The notes under the pieces were generated by a model, which did not search any database, was not told where the DNA came from, and saw only the letters and a list, made by a program, of their open reading frames with translations. Positions 28,929 to 38,525 of a DNA stretch of 64,000 nt are shown here, one piece after another. The stretch is from contig CAWGJO010000020.1 in NCBI GenBank assembly GCA_963822945.1, forward strand, positions 736,001-800,000, read 5' to 3'. Numbering within the stretch: position 1 is the first letter of the stretch; each line of letters starts with the position of its first letter. The stretch comes from an uncultured Gemmatimonadaceae bacterium (GTDB taxonomy: Bacteria; Gemmatimonadota; Gemmatimonadetes; Gemmatimonadales; Gemmatimonadaceae). Made by a program: the position numbers and the translations under genes.

Positions 28929-30334
28929 GCGGTCGCCCGGCGCCGACGCCGAGCCCAGCCGGTACGGCCCACAAGCTGTGGGGCGGGCGGTTCGCCAGCG
29001 GGCCCGCTCCCGCGTTCGATGCGCTCAACAACTCCATCGGGATCGACTTTCGGCTCTGGCCCTTCGACATCACGCTGTCCAAGGCCTGGGCCGTCGGGCT
29101 GTGGAACGCCGGGGTGTTGACGCTGGACGAGAGCAAGGCATTGGAGGCTGGTCTCGATGCGGTGGCCGGCCGGTTCGGGGCGGGCGAGACGCCCGCCCCC
29201 TCCGATGAGGACATCCATACCATGATCGACCGGCTGCTGCACGAAGAGGTCGGCGACGTGGCATCGAAGCTTCATACCGGCCGGAGCCGCAACGATCAGG
29301 TGGCAACGGCCACCAGGCTCTGGACCATGGACGCGCTCGCCCACCTGGACCGGGCGGTCCGCGACCTGCAGACGGTCATCGTCGAGCGTGCCGCGGAAGT
29401 CGAGGCAGTGTTGATGCCGGCGTACACGCATCTTCAACGAGCACAACCGGTCTCGGCCGCGCACTGGCTGCTGGCCCACTTCTGGCCGCTCGAACGCGAC
29501 CGCACACGCCTCCGCGCGGCCGGCCGAACCGCAGCCGTCCTCCCGCTGGGCTCGGGCGCCGTCGCCGGCTCGGCGTACCCCATCTCGCGTACGCTGCTGC
29601 AGGGAACACTGGGGTTCGACGCCGTCTCCCCGAATTCCATGGACGCCGTGAGCGACCGCGATTTCGTGGCCGAAGTACTGTTTGCCTGCGCGTTGATGGC
29701 GGCCCACCTCTCCCGGTTCGCCGAGGACCTGATCATCTACGGCACGAGCGAATTCGGGTTCGTTCAGTTCGGCGAGCGCTTCTCGTCGGGATCGAGCATG
29801 ATGCCCCAGAAGCGAAACCCCGACGCGCTCGAGATCACGCGCGGCGCCGGTGCGCACCTGCTCGGCGACCTCACGTCCCTGCTCGCAACCATCAAAGGAT
29901 TGCCCAGCAGCTACAACAAGGACCTGCAGGACGACAAGCGCACTCTGTTCGACGCTGTCGATACGATGGCGTTGGTACTTCCCGCTCTGACCGGTTCGCT
30001 CGCCGAGGTGCAGTTCCGCCCAGAGCGAATGCGCTCCGCCCTGTCCAGCGGGCTCATGGCGACCGATCTGGCGGACTACCTGGTGCGTAAGGGTGCCACC
30101 TTCCGCGAAGCCCATAGCGCAGTGGGCCATCTGGTTCGTGAAGCTGAATCGGCAGGGGTTGAGCTGGACTCGCTTTCCGACGCTTCATTCAGTGCAGCAC
30201 ATCCGCTGCTGGGGCCGGATGCCCGCGATGCGCTCTCCCCCGAGCGCTCGGTTCAGCACCGGGAAGTGGACGGTGGTACGGGGCCTGCCGCCGTGAAGGC
30301 TCAACTGGCCGCCGCGCGCGTCGCACTCGCCTAG
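28925..30334 (+). CDS. argH: argininosuccinate lyase
   Basis: [27 protein letters not shown]. Confidence 0.97.
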   Translation: MSGRPAPTPSPAGTAHKLWGGRFASGPAPAFDALNNSIGIDFRLWPFDITLSKAWAVGLWNAGVLTLDESKALEAGLDAVAGRFGAGETPAPSDEDIHTMIDRLLHEEVGDVASKLHTGRSRNDQVATATRLWTMDALAHLDRAVRDLQTVIVERAAEVEAVLMPAYTHLQRAQPVSAAHWLLAHFWPLERDRTRLRAAGRTAAVLPLGSGAVAGSAYPISRTLLQGTLGFDAVSPNSMDAVSDRDFVAEVLFACALMAAHLSRFAEDLIIYGTSEFGFVQFGERFSSGSSMMPQKRNPDALEITRGAGAHLLGDLTSLLATIKGLPSSYNKDLQDDKRTLFDAVDTMALVLPALTGSLAEVQFRPERMRSALSSGLMATDLADYLVRKGATFREAHSAVGHLVREAESAGVELDSLSDASFSAAHPLLGPDARDALSPERSVQHREVDGGTGPAAVKAQLAAARVALA

Positions 30335-30436
30335 AACAACCAGAACTACAGTTTGGGGAGTGATCGGCCTGTGCGCACGTACATTCACTTGGATATAGTT
30401 CCTTTTGGCGGAGGAATTATATGAGAACGTGGCGGT

Positions 30437-30469
30437 TTGCGAGAAATATCCTATTGAGATAGGATATTT
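30437..30469 (+). promoter_or_regulatory. sigma70-type promoter overlapped by an 11-bp perfect inverted repeat
   Basis: TTGCGA-17bp-TAGGAT, with AAATATCCTAT-TGAG-ATAGGATATTT at 30444-30469. Confidence 0.65.
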
Positions 30470-30470
30470 T

Positions 30471-30866
30471 ATGCCTGCTTACGATATCGGAACCGCGGCA
30501 TTCGTGGTCGGAGCCCCAAGAAAGTGGGTCGACAACATTACATCCCACCACACGCTCTCTGGTGTGGAATCCAAACGACGCGGCGTTCGGCGGGAATTCT
30601 CGTTCGATGCCGTCGTTCTGCTCGCCGTCGTCCGGTGGATGGTCGATGAGCTCGGGATTCCCGTACAACGCGCAATCGAGGTGGCCGAAGCAGCCTGCCG
30701 TGACCCCGATGGATCGGTACGTTTTGCCAACGGATTCCGCTTCTCCATAGATCAGGAAGCGGTCACGCGTGAGGTACGGCAGCGGCTGCTCGAAGCGGCG
30801 GAATCGGTACCGAGAATTCGGCGGGGTCGTCCCCCGCGACGCGGGGACCGGCCGTCGCTTTCCTGA
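30471..30866 (+). CDS. hypothetical MerR-like HTH protein with C-terminal AT-hook-like RRGRPPR
   Basis: AYDIGTAAFVVGAPRKWVDN is HTH-like, with a RRGVRREFS wing. No SD before the ATG. Confidence 0.7.
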   Translation: MPAYDIGTAAFVVGAPRKWVDNITSHHTLSGVESKRRGVRREFSFDAVVLLAVVRWMVDELGIPVQRAIEVAEAACRDPDGSVRFANGFRFSIDQEAVTREVRQRLLEAAESVPRIRRGRPPRRGDRPSLS

Positions 30867-30878
30867 TCCCCAGACAGC

Positions 30879-30917
30879 AAAAGAGCCGGGAGATTCGTGT
30901 GGGATCTCCCGGCTCTT
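30879..30917 (-). terminator. intrinsic terminator (probably bidirectional)
   Basis: AAGAGCCGGGAGAT...ATCTCCCGGCTCTT 14-bp stem with an A-run on the left. Confidence 0.85.
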
Positions 30918-30938
30918 CGACGCTACAGACTCGCCTTC

Positions 30939-31151
30939 TTACTGAGCCAGGCGGGACACGTTCTCCGCCGCAGGGCCTTTCGCGCCCTGCACGACATCGA
31001 ACTCAACAGCCTCCCCTTCGGCCAGAGTCTTGAAGCCGTTGCCCTGAATCGAGCTGTAGTGGACGAAGCAGTCCTTCTCGCCGCTGTCCGGAGTGATGAA
31101 GCCGAAGCCCTTCGCGTCGTTGAACCACTTCACCTTGCCTGTCGTACGCAT
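30939..31151 (-). CDS. cold-shock protein
   Basis: [31 protein letters not shown]. Confidence 0.97.
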   Translation of the reverse strand: MRTTGKVKWFNDAKGFGFITPDSGEKDCFVHYSSIQGNGFKTLAEGEAVEFDVVQGAKGPAAENVSRLAQ

Positions 31152-31492
31152 GTCCCACTCCTGAAAGTACCCATTGTCTAGGGAGCGGAACGCGCCGTAC
31201 CCCGACAATTCCTGAAGCCGCAGATCGCCTGAGCGTCGCGGGGCCTATATGAGCCGAGCCAAGACCCTGAGGCCTTGGCTCAGCGCGCGCAAAGGTAGTA
31301 TTCCGGATATATCGGGTCAATACCGGGTTAACGGCCGCCATTTCCGGCAATCTCCCCGATATCGCAGGCTCAGGGTGAGATCGCTGCGACGCCCGAATCC
31401 GCGTATTCGGGTCCCGTCGTCACGCCATTCGCGACTTCTGGCGCCATACCCGGACTGAGTATCTTGGAGCACGCCCTCTTGATGGAGTCCTC

Positions 31493-32725
31493 GTGAGTTT
31501 CGGCAGTCGCAGACAGACGGTGACCACTTGGGTCGGAGAGGTCCCGGTGGGGTCCGAGTACCCCATCGTGGTCCAGTCGATGACCAATACGGATACGGCC
31601 GACCCGGTCACCACGGCTCAACAGGTGGTGGCACTGGCTCGCGCAGGTTCTCAGTTGGTACGCGTGACGGTGAACAACGAGGAGGCCGCTCGAGCCGTCC
31701 CCGAGATTGCCCAGCGCGTGAGCGACGCCGGCGTCAACGTGCCCATTGTGGGAGATTTCCACTACAATGGCCACCTGCTCCTGGCCAAGTACCCGGCCTG
31801 TGCTTCGACCCTGGCCAAGTACCGCATCAATCCGGGCAACGTCGGCGGCAAGCGTCGCGACGAGAATTTCCGGACCATCGTCCAAATTGCCGTGGACAAC
31901 GACCGCCCGGTCCGCATCGGCGTCAACTGGGGCTCCCTTGATCAGGACTTGTTGACGCAGATGATGGACGCCAACGGTCGGGCGGCGGTCCCCCTGGACG
32001 CCAAGCAGGTATACATCGAAGCGATGCTGGCCAGCGCCCTCCGCTCCGCCGAGATGGCCGAAGACGTCGGGCAGGGCCACGACCGGATCATCATCTCGGC
32101 CAAGGTTTCCGGCGTGCAGGACCTGGTTACGGTGTATCGCCTCCTGGCCGCCCGATGCGACTACCCACTCCACCTGGGCCTGACCGAAGCCGGCATGGGA
32201 ACCAAGGGGATCGTCGCCAGTACCGCGGGGCTTTCCATTCTGCTGTCCGAGGGGATCGGCGACACGATCCGTGTTTCGCTGACCCCCAAGCCCAACGGCG
32301 ATCGTACGGAGGAGGTGCTCGTCGCCCAGCAGATTCTGCAGTCGCTCGAGTTGCGGAGCTTCTCGCCCCAGGTGACGGCGTGCCCGGGCTGCGGGCGCAC
32401 GACATCCACCTTCTTCCAGCACATGGCGGAAGACATCCAGACCTACCTTCGCGAGCAGATGCCGGCCTGGCGGACCAAGCATCCGGGCATCGAGGAGATG
32501 AAGGTCGCCGTGATGGGCTGTGTGGTGAACGGCCCGGGGGAATCGAAGCATGCCAACATCGGCATCTCCCTGCCGGGCACCTTCGAGGATCCCAAGGCCC
32601 CCGTCTACGTCGATGGTGAACTCGTCCGCACACTGCGGGGCGAACACATCGTTCAGGAGTTCCTCGTCATGTTGGACGACTACGTGAGGCGCACCTATCC
32701 GGAGACGCCAGTCGGCGTCGGTTGA
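31493..32725 (+). CDS. ispG: (E)-4-hydroxy-3-methylbut-2-enyl-diphosphate synthase
   Basis: [38 protein letters not shown]. Confidence 0.97.
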   Translation: MSFGSRRQTVTTWVGEVPVGSEYPIVVQSMTNTDTADPVTTAQQVVALARAGSQLVRVTVNNEEAARAVPEIAQRVSDAGVNVPIVGDFHYNGHLLLAKYPACASTLAKYRINPGNVGGKRRDENFRTIVQIAVDNDRPVRIGVNWGSLDQDLLTQMMDANGRAAVPLDAKQVYIEAMLASALRSAEMAEDVGQGHDRIIISAKVSGVQDLVTVYRLLAARCDYPLHLGLTEAGMGTKGIVASTAGLSILLSEGIGDTIRVSLTPKPNGDRTEEVLVAQQILQSLELRSFSPQVTACPGCGRTTSTFFQHMAEDIQTYLREQMPAWRTKHPGIEEMKVAVMGCVVNGPGESKHANIGISLPGTFEDPKAPVYVDGELVRTLRGEHIVQEFLVMLDDYVRRTYPETPVGVG

Positions 32726-32782
32726 ACAGGGCCGAATGTCCGGGGCGCCATGGCGCGAGCCTGGGCGGCCCGCGCCGGAGGG

Positions 32783-33412
32783 TCAGACGCGAGTCGTCGA
32801 GGGGTAGGGACGTTCGAGCTGCTCGAGGGCTTCCACCACCTGCGCGAACTCCTGCATGATGGGCGCCGCGAACCCGTGCTCGAGCAGCCGGTCATACAGC
32901 CGACGATACCACCGGATGGTTCCGCTCTTCCCCCACTGGAACCGGCCCCAGATCGAATCGGGGTCGATCGTCCGCTTCAGGTCGGCGAGGATCGTGCTCG
33001 CTGTGTGGATCGCATCCGCCGCACAGACCCAGCGCGCGGGATCGGGCGCCTGCTTCAACCGATTGAGGAAATCGGCCTTTCGCTCGTCGAGCGAGAGTTC
33101 CACTCCATCGTCATCGGTGAGCCGGACCGTGACGGCAAGTGCCGTCTCCAACGCCGCGGTGCCGAACTTGTCGGCGATCCGTTGATCCAGCGTTTCCCGC
33201 GTCTGTCGATCGCGAATGGAGTCGGCCACCACGTCCTGAATGATGCCGGCAACGATCGTCTGTTCGTCCTGCCCGTACTTGGTCAGAATGATCGCGACAT
33301 TCGCCGCACGCGTGCCATACGGGAGCCGCATGTTCTTCCTGACTTCACGGTCGTTGTGCTTGGCCGCGAAGGCGAGCGCATGATTGATGCGGTCGGAATA
33401 CCCGTGGAGCAT
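32783..33412 (-). CDS. HD-domain protein, small alarmone hydrolase (Mesh1/SpoT-HD)-like with degenerate active site
   Basis: ALAFAAKH...RK...PY...V and AGIIQDVVAD where AxLHDVVED is expected. Confidence 0.75.
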   Translation of the reverse strand: MLHGYSDRINHALAFAAKHNDREVRKNMRLPYGTRAANVAIILTKYGQDEQTIVAGIIQDVVADSIRDRQTRETLDQRIADKFGTAALETALAVTVRLTDDDGVELSLDERKADFLNRLKQAPDPARWVCAADAIHTASTILADLKRTIDPDSIWGRFQWGKSGTIRWYRRLYDRLLEHGFAAPIMQEFAQVVEALEQLERPYPSTTRV

Positions 33413-33453
33413 CGTGAGAGCTTCGGTCGAGGGACACGTCGTCCAACTGGTTT

Positions 33454-33969
33454 CTAACCTAGCGCGGGGCGGGGCTCCGGGCGAGGCGTCCTGAACCACG
33501 CGACGATCCGGGTGAGTCCCGTCACGTCGGCCTCGTCGAACGCGTCCACGGCCGCCGCATCGACGTCGAGAACGGCGATCAGGACTCCGGCGTGGTCAAA
33601 CACCGGAATCACTACTTCCGACTTGGCCCGCGCGTCGCAGACGATGTGATCCGGAAAGTCGTCGACGTTCCGCACCAGCACCGGTTGGCCTGTGGCGGCC
33701 GCGGTTCCGCAAACTCCGCGGCCGAAGGCGATCTCGAGACAGCCCAGCGTTCCCTGGTAAGGCCCGACACGCAGCGTCCGGCCGGGCGCTGCCACTCGAT
33801 AGAACCCGGTCCACAGAAATCCGAACGCATGGTGGATCAGCGCGCTCAGGGTCGCCATGGCCGCGATCTCGTCGCTCACGCCTTCCAGCACGCTGTCGGC
33901 GTGCATTTGGAGCGTGGCATACGCCTCGGGCTTCGATACGCCGCGCAGATCGAGAGTCGTTTCCGCCAT
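33454..33969 (-). CDS. msrC: GAF protein, free methionine-R-sulfoxide reductase
   Basis: WTGFY, GPYQG..GC, GRGVCGTA, FPDHIVCD, KSEVVIP. Confidence 0.8.
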   Translation of the reverse strand: MAETTLDLRGVSKPEAYATLQMHADSVLEGVSDEIAAMATLSALIHHAFGFLWTGFYRVAAPGRTLRVGPYQGTLGCLEIAFGRGVCGTAAATGQPVLVRNVDDFPDHIVCDARAKSEVVIPVFDHAGVLIAVLDVDAAAVDAFDEADVTGLTRIVAWFRTPRPEPRPALG

Positions 33970-33970
33970 G

Positions 33971-34399
33971 CTACCGGGAGATGAGCGCCGCCAGCTGCGC
34001 GTTGATGAGAAACAGCGCCGCCGCCTGTACGATGACCCCGACCCCCGACCCTAGCAGCCCCAGGCGGCGACCATTGAGCCAACCGATCACCACGAGCGTT
34101 GTCCCAACGGCCACGGCACCCAGGTCCAGCCCCAGATTCAACCAGAGCAGCCGGTCCAGCCGCGTGGCGCCCGAGACGTCGCGGAGGCCCAGTCCCTGCC
34201 AGGCCACGGCCATGTAGGCGATCTCGAGCACGCCCCAGATGACCATCTGTGCCGCAAAGTGGCGCAGCATGGTGGTGGCGGGGCGGCGCCAGGCGACGAC
34301 CGCGAACACCAGGGTCCCGATGAGAACGCTGCCGCCTCCCCAGATCAGGAGGCGGAACAGGTGCATTTGCTCGGCGCGGAGCAGCGTGTCGGCGAACAT
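33971..34399 (-). CDS. hypothetical 4-TM membrane protein
   Basis: Four hydrophobic segments, LWLNLGLD, abuts the GAF gene. Confidence 0.75.
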   Translation of the reverse strand: MFADTLLRAEQMHLFRLLIWGGGSVLIGTLVFAVVAWRRPATTMLRHFAAQMVIWGVLEIAYMAVAWQGLGLRDVSGATRLDRLLWLNLGLDLGAVAVGTTLVVIGWLNGRRLGLLGSGVGVIVQAAALFLINAQLAALISR

Positions 34400-34531
34400 G
34401 CGGCGGCTGGAGGTCAGGAAACGATGAACGCATCCTAGCGCATGGCGGCGCCCAAACGGAAGCATGTACCCTCGCCCGTCGGTCGCAACCAGTTGACGAG
34501 GCGCTCCGGGCCCCACTAGCTTTGGCGCACC

Positions 34532-34612
34532 ATGACGACGTTCCGCATGCACCATCGCTCGCACCACCACCACGGCTCCACGGGCCGGGGCAGGGCACGC
34601 GTGCGCGGATAG
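34532..34612 (+). CDS. hisL: his operon leader peptide (26 aa)
   Basis: MTTFRMHHRSHHHHGSTGRGRARVRG*, with 6 His in 8 codons. Upstream TTGACG-18bp-TAGCTT. Confidence 0.88.
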   Translation: MTTFRMHHRSHHHHGSTGRGRARVRG

Positions 34613-34645
34613 GACGTTCGGATCATCCCTCGCTTGTTCTTGCTG

Positions 34646-34676
34646 GCCCGTCACCGACTGACGGGCTTTTTCTTTT
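34646..34676 (+). terminator. his attenuator terminator
   Basis: GCCCGTCA-CCGAC-TGACGGGC-TTTTTCTTTT, 18 bp before hisG. Confidence 0.9.
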
Positions 34677-34694
34677 GCCACCACAGGTACCCGT

Positions 34695-35561
34695 ATGTTG
34701 AGAATTGCGCTCCCGAACAAAGGACGACTCGCCGACGACGCGCGGGATCTGTTTCGCGATGCCGGGCTGGAGATCCGGTCGCGAAGCGATCGCGCGCTCA
34801 CGGCATCGCTGGGCGGTGAATTCCAGGCGCTGTTCGTTCGGGCCCAGGACATTCCGGAGTTCGTGGCCGACGGTGCCGCGGACGTCGGCGTCACGGGATT
34901 GGACCTCGTGCGCGAATCCGAGCGTCCGGTGCGCATCGTGGCCGACCTCGAGTTCGGCTTCTGCCGGCTGGCCGTGGCGGCGCGTGAGGATAGCGGCATA
35001 CGAGGGATTAGCGACCTCCCCGCCGGAACGCGCGTCGCCACGACGTTTCCTCGCATCGCCGCGCGCTTCTTTGCCGACAAGGGGTGCCGGGTGGCAATCG
35101 TTCCGATTTCCGGTGCGGCCGAAATTGCGCCCCACATCGGAATCGCCGACGTCATCGTCGATCTCGTGTCGACCGGGTCCACGCTCCGGGTCAACGGCCT
35201 CCGGGAAGTGGAGACGGTGATGGAATCGACCGCCCGTCTGATCGTCGCCACGCAAACCGATCGTCTCGACCAGGCCCAGCAGGAAGCGGTCGGGGATCTC
35301 GCCGACGCGCTGCTCTCGGTGCTGCGCGCCCGCGGGCAGCGCTACCTGATGGCCAACATTCCGCGCGACCAGATGCCGCAGGTGCGTGACATCGTCCCCG
35401 GCCTCAACGGTCCGACCGTGATCGACATTCTGAACGGCGGGGCGATGGTGGCAGTCCACGCGGTGGTTCCGGCCGCCGGCGTCTTCCGCACCGTGGCTCG
35501 GCTCAAGGCACTGGGGGCGCAGGGGATTCTGATCACCCGCATCGAGAGGTTGATGGCATGA
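34695..35561 (+). CDS. hisG: ATP phosphoribosyltransferase (long form)
   Basis: RIALPNKGRL, GAAEIAP, DLVSTGSTL, C-terminal regulatory domain. Confidence 0.97.
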   Translation: MLRIALPNKGRLADDARDLFRDAGLEIRSRSDRALTASLGGEFQALFVRAQDIPEFVADGAADVGVTGLDLVRESERPVRIVADLEFGFCRLAVAAREDSGIRGISDLPAGTRVATTFPRIAARFFADKGCRVAIVPISGAAEIAPHIGIADVIVDLVSTGSTLRVNGLREVETVMESTARLIVATQTDRLDQAQQEAVGDLADALLSVLRARGQRYLMANIPRDQMPQVRDIVPGLNGPTVIDILNGGAMVAVHAVVPAAGVFRTVARLKALGAQGILITRIERLMA

Positions 35562-36865
35562 TGCCCGCAACAGCCCTCAGGTACTTCGGGGCTCTCGACG
35601 CGCTCGACTCGGCCACGCGAACCGCCCTGCTCGATCGCACGACCTCCATCGATCCCCGGATTCGTGAGACCACGGCCACGATTCTGGCCGACATTCGGGC
35701 GCGCGGCGATACGGCGCTGCGCGAACTGGCGACGCGGTTCGACCACGTACAACTCGAAAGTCTCGAGGTGCCCCGCGCGCAGTGGAAGGCGGCGCTCGCC
35801 GGCGTTCCCCGCGATTTGCGTCGCGCCATGGAGCGAACCGTCGAGAACGTGGCCTCGGTGCATCGCGCGTTCCTGCCCGCGGCGACGGAGACTTCCCCAG
35901 AGCCCGGCATCGTCGTGGGGCGTCGTCCGGATCCGCTGGGCCGGGTAGGCGTCTATGCGCCGGGCGGACGCGCAGCGTATCCGAGCAGCGTTCTCATGGG
36001 AGCGGTGCCCGCCCGGATTGCCGGCGTCCACGAGATCATGGTCTGCTCACCCCCCGGCCCGGACGGTCTGCCGAGCGCCGTGGTCCTCGCCGCCGCCGAA
36101 CTGGCCGAGGCCGATCGCGTGTTCGCGTTGGGCGGTGCCGGCGCTGTCGCTGCGCTCGCGTTCGGCACCGAGACGGTGCCGCGCGTCGACCGGATCGTGG
36201 GCCCGGGTAATGCGTTCGTGGCCGAGGCGAAATTGCAGGTGTCGGGCATGGTCAGCATCGATTCCCCGGCGGGACCGAGCGAGTTGCTGGTCATCGCCGA
36301 CGCCACCGCGTCACCGGAGGTGGTGGCCCGAGAACTGTTGGCCCAGGCCGAGCACGACCCGCGCGCGTGCGTCGTGGCCGTGGTGGAGGGTGCTTCGCTG
36401 GCGGCTCGGTTGCGCGACCAGATCGAGCGCTTGCTCCCGGCACACGAGCGGCGGACGATCATCGAGTCCGCGCTTGCCGGGCAGGGCGCCATTCTCTGGG
36501 TGGACACGGTGCGAGAGGCCGTGGAGTGGAACAACGCATACGCTCCCGAGCATCTCCTGGTCTGCGCCGCTGACCCCGATGCATGGCTTCCCGAACTGCG
36601 CAATGCCGGGACGGTGTTCCTTGGCGAACGCGCGTCGGTGTCCTTCGGTGACTACATGACGGGTGCGAACCACGTACTCCCAACCGGTGGGTTGGCGCGC
36701 TGTTATTCCGGGCTGTCGACCATCGATTTCTTCCGATGGACCACGTACCAGCGCGTCGATGCTGCTGCCGCCGAACGCCTCGCACTCGACGTGGATGCGT
36801 TTGCGCGCGCCGAGGGGCTTCCGGGGCATGCCGTCGCCGCGCGTGCCTGGGCCGGAGACCGCTGA
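35558..36865 (+). CDS. hisD: histidinol dehydrogenase
   Basis: PGGRAAYPSSV, IDSPAGPSE, AQAEHD, APEHL, GANHVLPT. Confidence 0.97.
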   Translation: MMPATALRYFGALDALDSATRTALLDRTTSIDPRIRETTATILADIRARGDTALRELATRFDHVQLESLEVPRAQWKAALAGVPRDLRRAMERTVENVASVHRAFLPAATETSPEPGIVVGRRPDPLGRVGVYAPGGRAAYPSSVLMGAVPARIAGVHEIMVCSPPGPDGLPSAVVLAAAELAEADRVFALGGAGAVAALAFGTETVPRVDRIVGPGNAFVAEAKLQVSGMVSIDSPAGPSELLVIADATASPEVVARELLAQAEHDPRACVVAVVEGASLAARLRDQIERLLPAHERRTIIESALAGQGAILWVDTVREAVEWNNAYAPEHLLVCAADPDAWLPELRNAGTVFLGERASVSFGDYMTGANHVLPTGGLARCYSGLSTIDFFRWTTYQRVDAAAAERLALDVDAFARAEGLPGHAVAARAWAGDR

Positions 36866-37938
36866 TGTCGAATCTCGTTCGCGAACTGCTGCGCCACACG
36901 CGCCCCTACACCGCCACCGACGCCGGTGGCGCGGTGGATCTGAGCGACAACACAAGCCTGTGGGGGCCGCCGCCCGCGGCAGCCGAAGCGCTGCGTTCGC
37001 TGGATGCGGCCGCGCTGGCGCGCTACCCCGCGATTCCCCCCGCCGCGTTGAATCGCGCGCTCGCCTCGTACGCGGGCGTCAGCGACGACATGATCGTTGC
37101 CGGCTGCGGATCGGACGACCTCATTGACTGTGCCATGCGCACGTTCGCGCAACCGGGCGACACCATCGCATTTGCGGTGCCGACGTTCTCCATGGTGCCG
37201 ACGTTCGCCGCCATCAACGGCCTGCGGACACACGCGGTTCCCTTCTCGCCCGACCTCGATCTCGACGTCGATGCGCTGTTGGCCCCGAGCCCCCGCCTCG
37301 TATACCTCTGTTCTCCCAACAACCCCACCGGCGCCGCGCTTCCACGCACCACCATCGAGCGCGTACTTCGCGAAGCGCCCGGCGCCGTACTGCTCGACGA
37401 AGCATACGGCGAGTTCTGCGATGCGCCCGGATTCGCACTCGCCAGGGAGCACGAGCGACTGGTCGTCACCCGGACGCTGTCGAAGGCGTTCGGGCTCGCC
37501 GGACTTCGCATCGGCTATGCGGTGCTCGCTCCATCTCTGGCCCGCGCGTTGGAAACCGTTCGCGGACCGTACAAGTTGAACGCCGCCGCGGCGGCGTCCG
37601 CCACGGCATCGCTCACTGAAGGTCTGCCCTGGGTGCGAGCGCACGTGCAGGAAGCCGTTGACGTCCGCCAACGGCTCGGCGCCCGGTTGGCGGACATCGG
37701 GCTGTCACCCCTGCGCTCCGACGCCAACTTCTTCTGCATCCCCTGTCGCGACGCGGTGCGCGTCGCGGCGGCGTTGTTGGGACGGGGCATAGCCGTCCGA
37801 CTCCTGCGCGACCTTCCGCCCGTCACGCCGGCCCTCGCAGCGTCCGGCGGCGCCGCATTGCGGGTTGGCGTCGGGCCCTGGCCGGTCATGGAACGCCTGC
37901 TTTCGGCCATGCGTGAGGAGGCGGCGGCATGCGCGTGA
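36865..37938 (+). CDS. hisC: histidinol-phosphate aminotransferase
   Basis: SPNNPTG, DEAY, RTLSKAFGLAGLRIG. Confidence 0.95.
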   Translation: MSNLVRELLRHTRPYTATDAGGAVDLSDNTSLWGPPPAAAEALRSLDAAALARYPAIPPAALNRALASYAGVSDDMIVAGCGSDDLIDCAMRTFAQPGDTIAFAVPTFSMVPTFAAINGLRTHAVPFSPDLDLDVDALLAPSPRLVYLCSPNNPTGAALPRTTIERVLREAPGAVLLDEAYGEFCDAPGFALAREHERLVVTRTLSKAFGLAGLRIGYAVLAPSLARALETVRGPYKLNAAAAASATASLTEGLPWVRAHVQEAVDVRQRLGARLADIGLSPLRSDANFFCIPCRDAVRVAAALLGRGIAVRLLRDLPPVTPALAASGGAALRVGVGPWPVMERLLSAMREEAAACA

Positions 37939-38525
37939 GTGTGTTCGACTACGGCGCCGGCAATCTGCATTCGCTGGTCAAGGCGCTCGAGACGCCATCG
38001 TGGACCGTGGTGGTGGAAACGGACCCCGCCACGGCGGCGGAGACGGATGTCCTGGTCCTGCCCGGCGTCGGCGCGTTCGCCAGCGCGGTCGATCGCTTGA
38101 CGCCGGGTGCGGATGCTGTACGCCGCGCGCTCGACGCGGGGTTGCCGTGCATCGGCATCTGCCTGGGGATGCAGTTGCTCTTCGACGAGAGTGAGGAGGG
38201 TCCGGGTCGAGGACTGGGTGTGTTTCCGGGACGGGTCCGTCGGTTGCGGGCCGGACGCATTCCGCAGATCGGCTGGAACCAACTCGTCGACGTCTCCGAA
38301 GACGTCGTTCAGCGGAGTGGCCTCCGCGACGTCTACTACGCCAACAGCTTCGTGTGTGCCCCGGTGGACGAGCGCGTGGTCACCGCATGGAGCCGGCATG
38401 ACGACGATCGGTTTCCGGCCGCCGTTCGCGCCGGCGCCGTGCTCGGTGTTCAATTCCACCCCGAGAAGAGCTCACAACCGGGAGTCCGGATGCTGCACGA
38501 GTTTCTGCGGGAGGTCCGTGGATGA
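37929..38525 (+). CDS. hisH: imidazole glycerol phosphate synthase, glutaminase subunit
   Basis: DYGAGN, PGVG, GICLGMQ, QFHPEKS. Confidence 0.96.
   Translation: MRVSVFDYGAGNLHSLVKALETPSWTVVVETDPATAAETDVLVLPGVGAFASAVDRLTPGADAVRRALDAGLPCIGICLGMQLLFDESEEGPGRGLGVFPGRVRRLRAGRIPQIGWNQLVDVSEDVVQRSGLRDVYYANSFVCAPVDERVVTAWSRHDDDRFPAAVRAGAVLGVQFHPEKSSQPGVRMLHEFLREVRG

Noticed and set aside
12932..31151. Two similar csp sequences as a possible repeat or mobile-element boundary
   Set aside because: They are ordinary diverged paralogues, with no att sites or recombinase.
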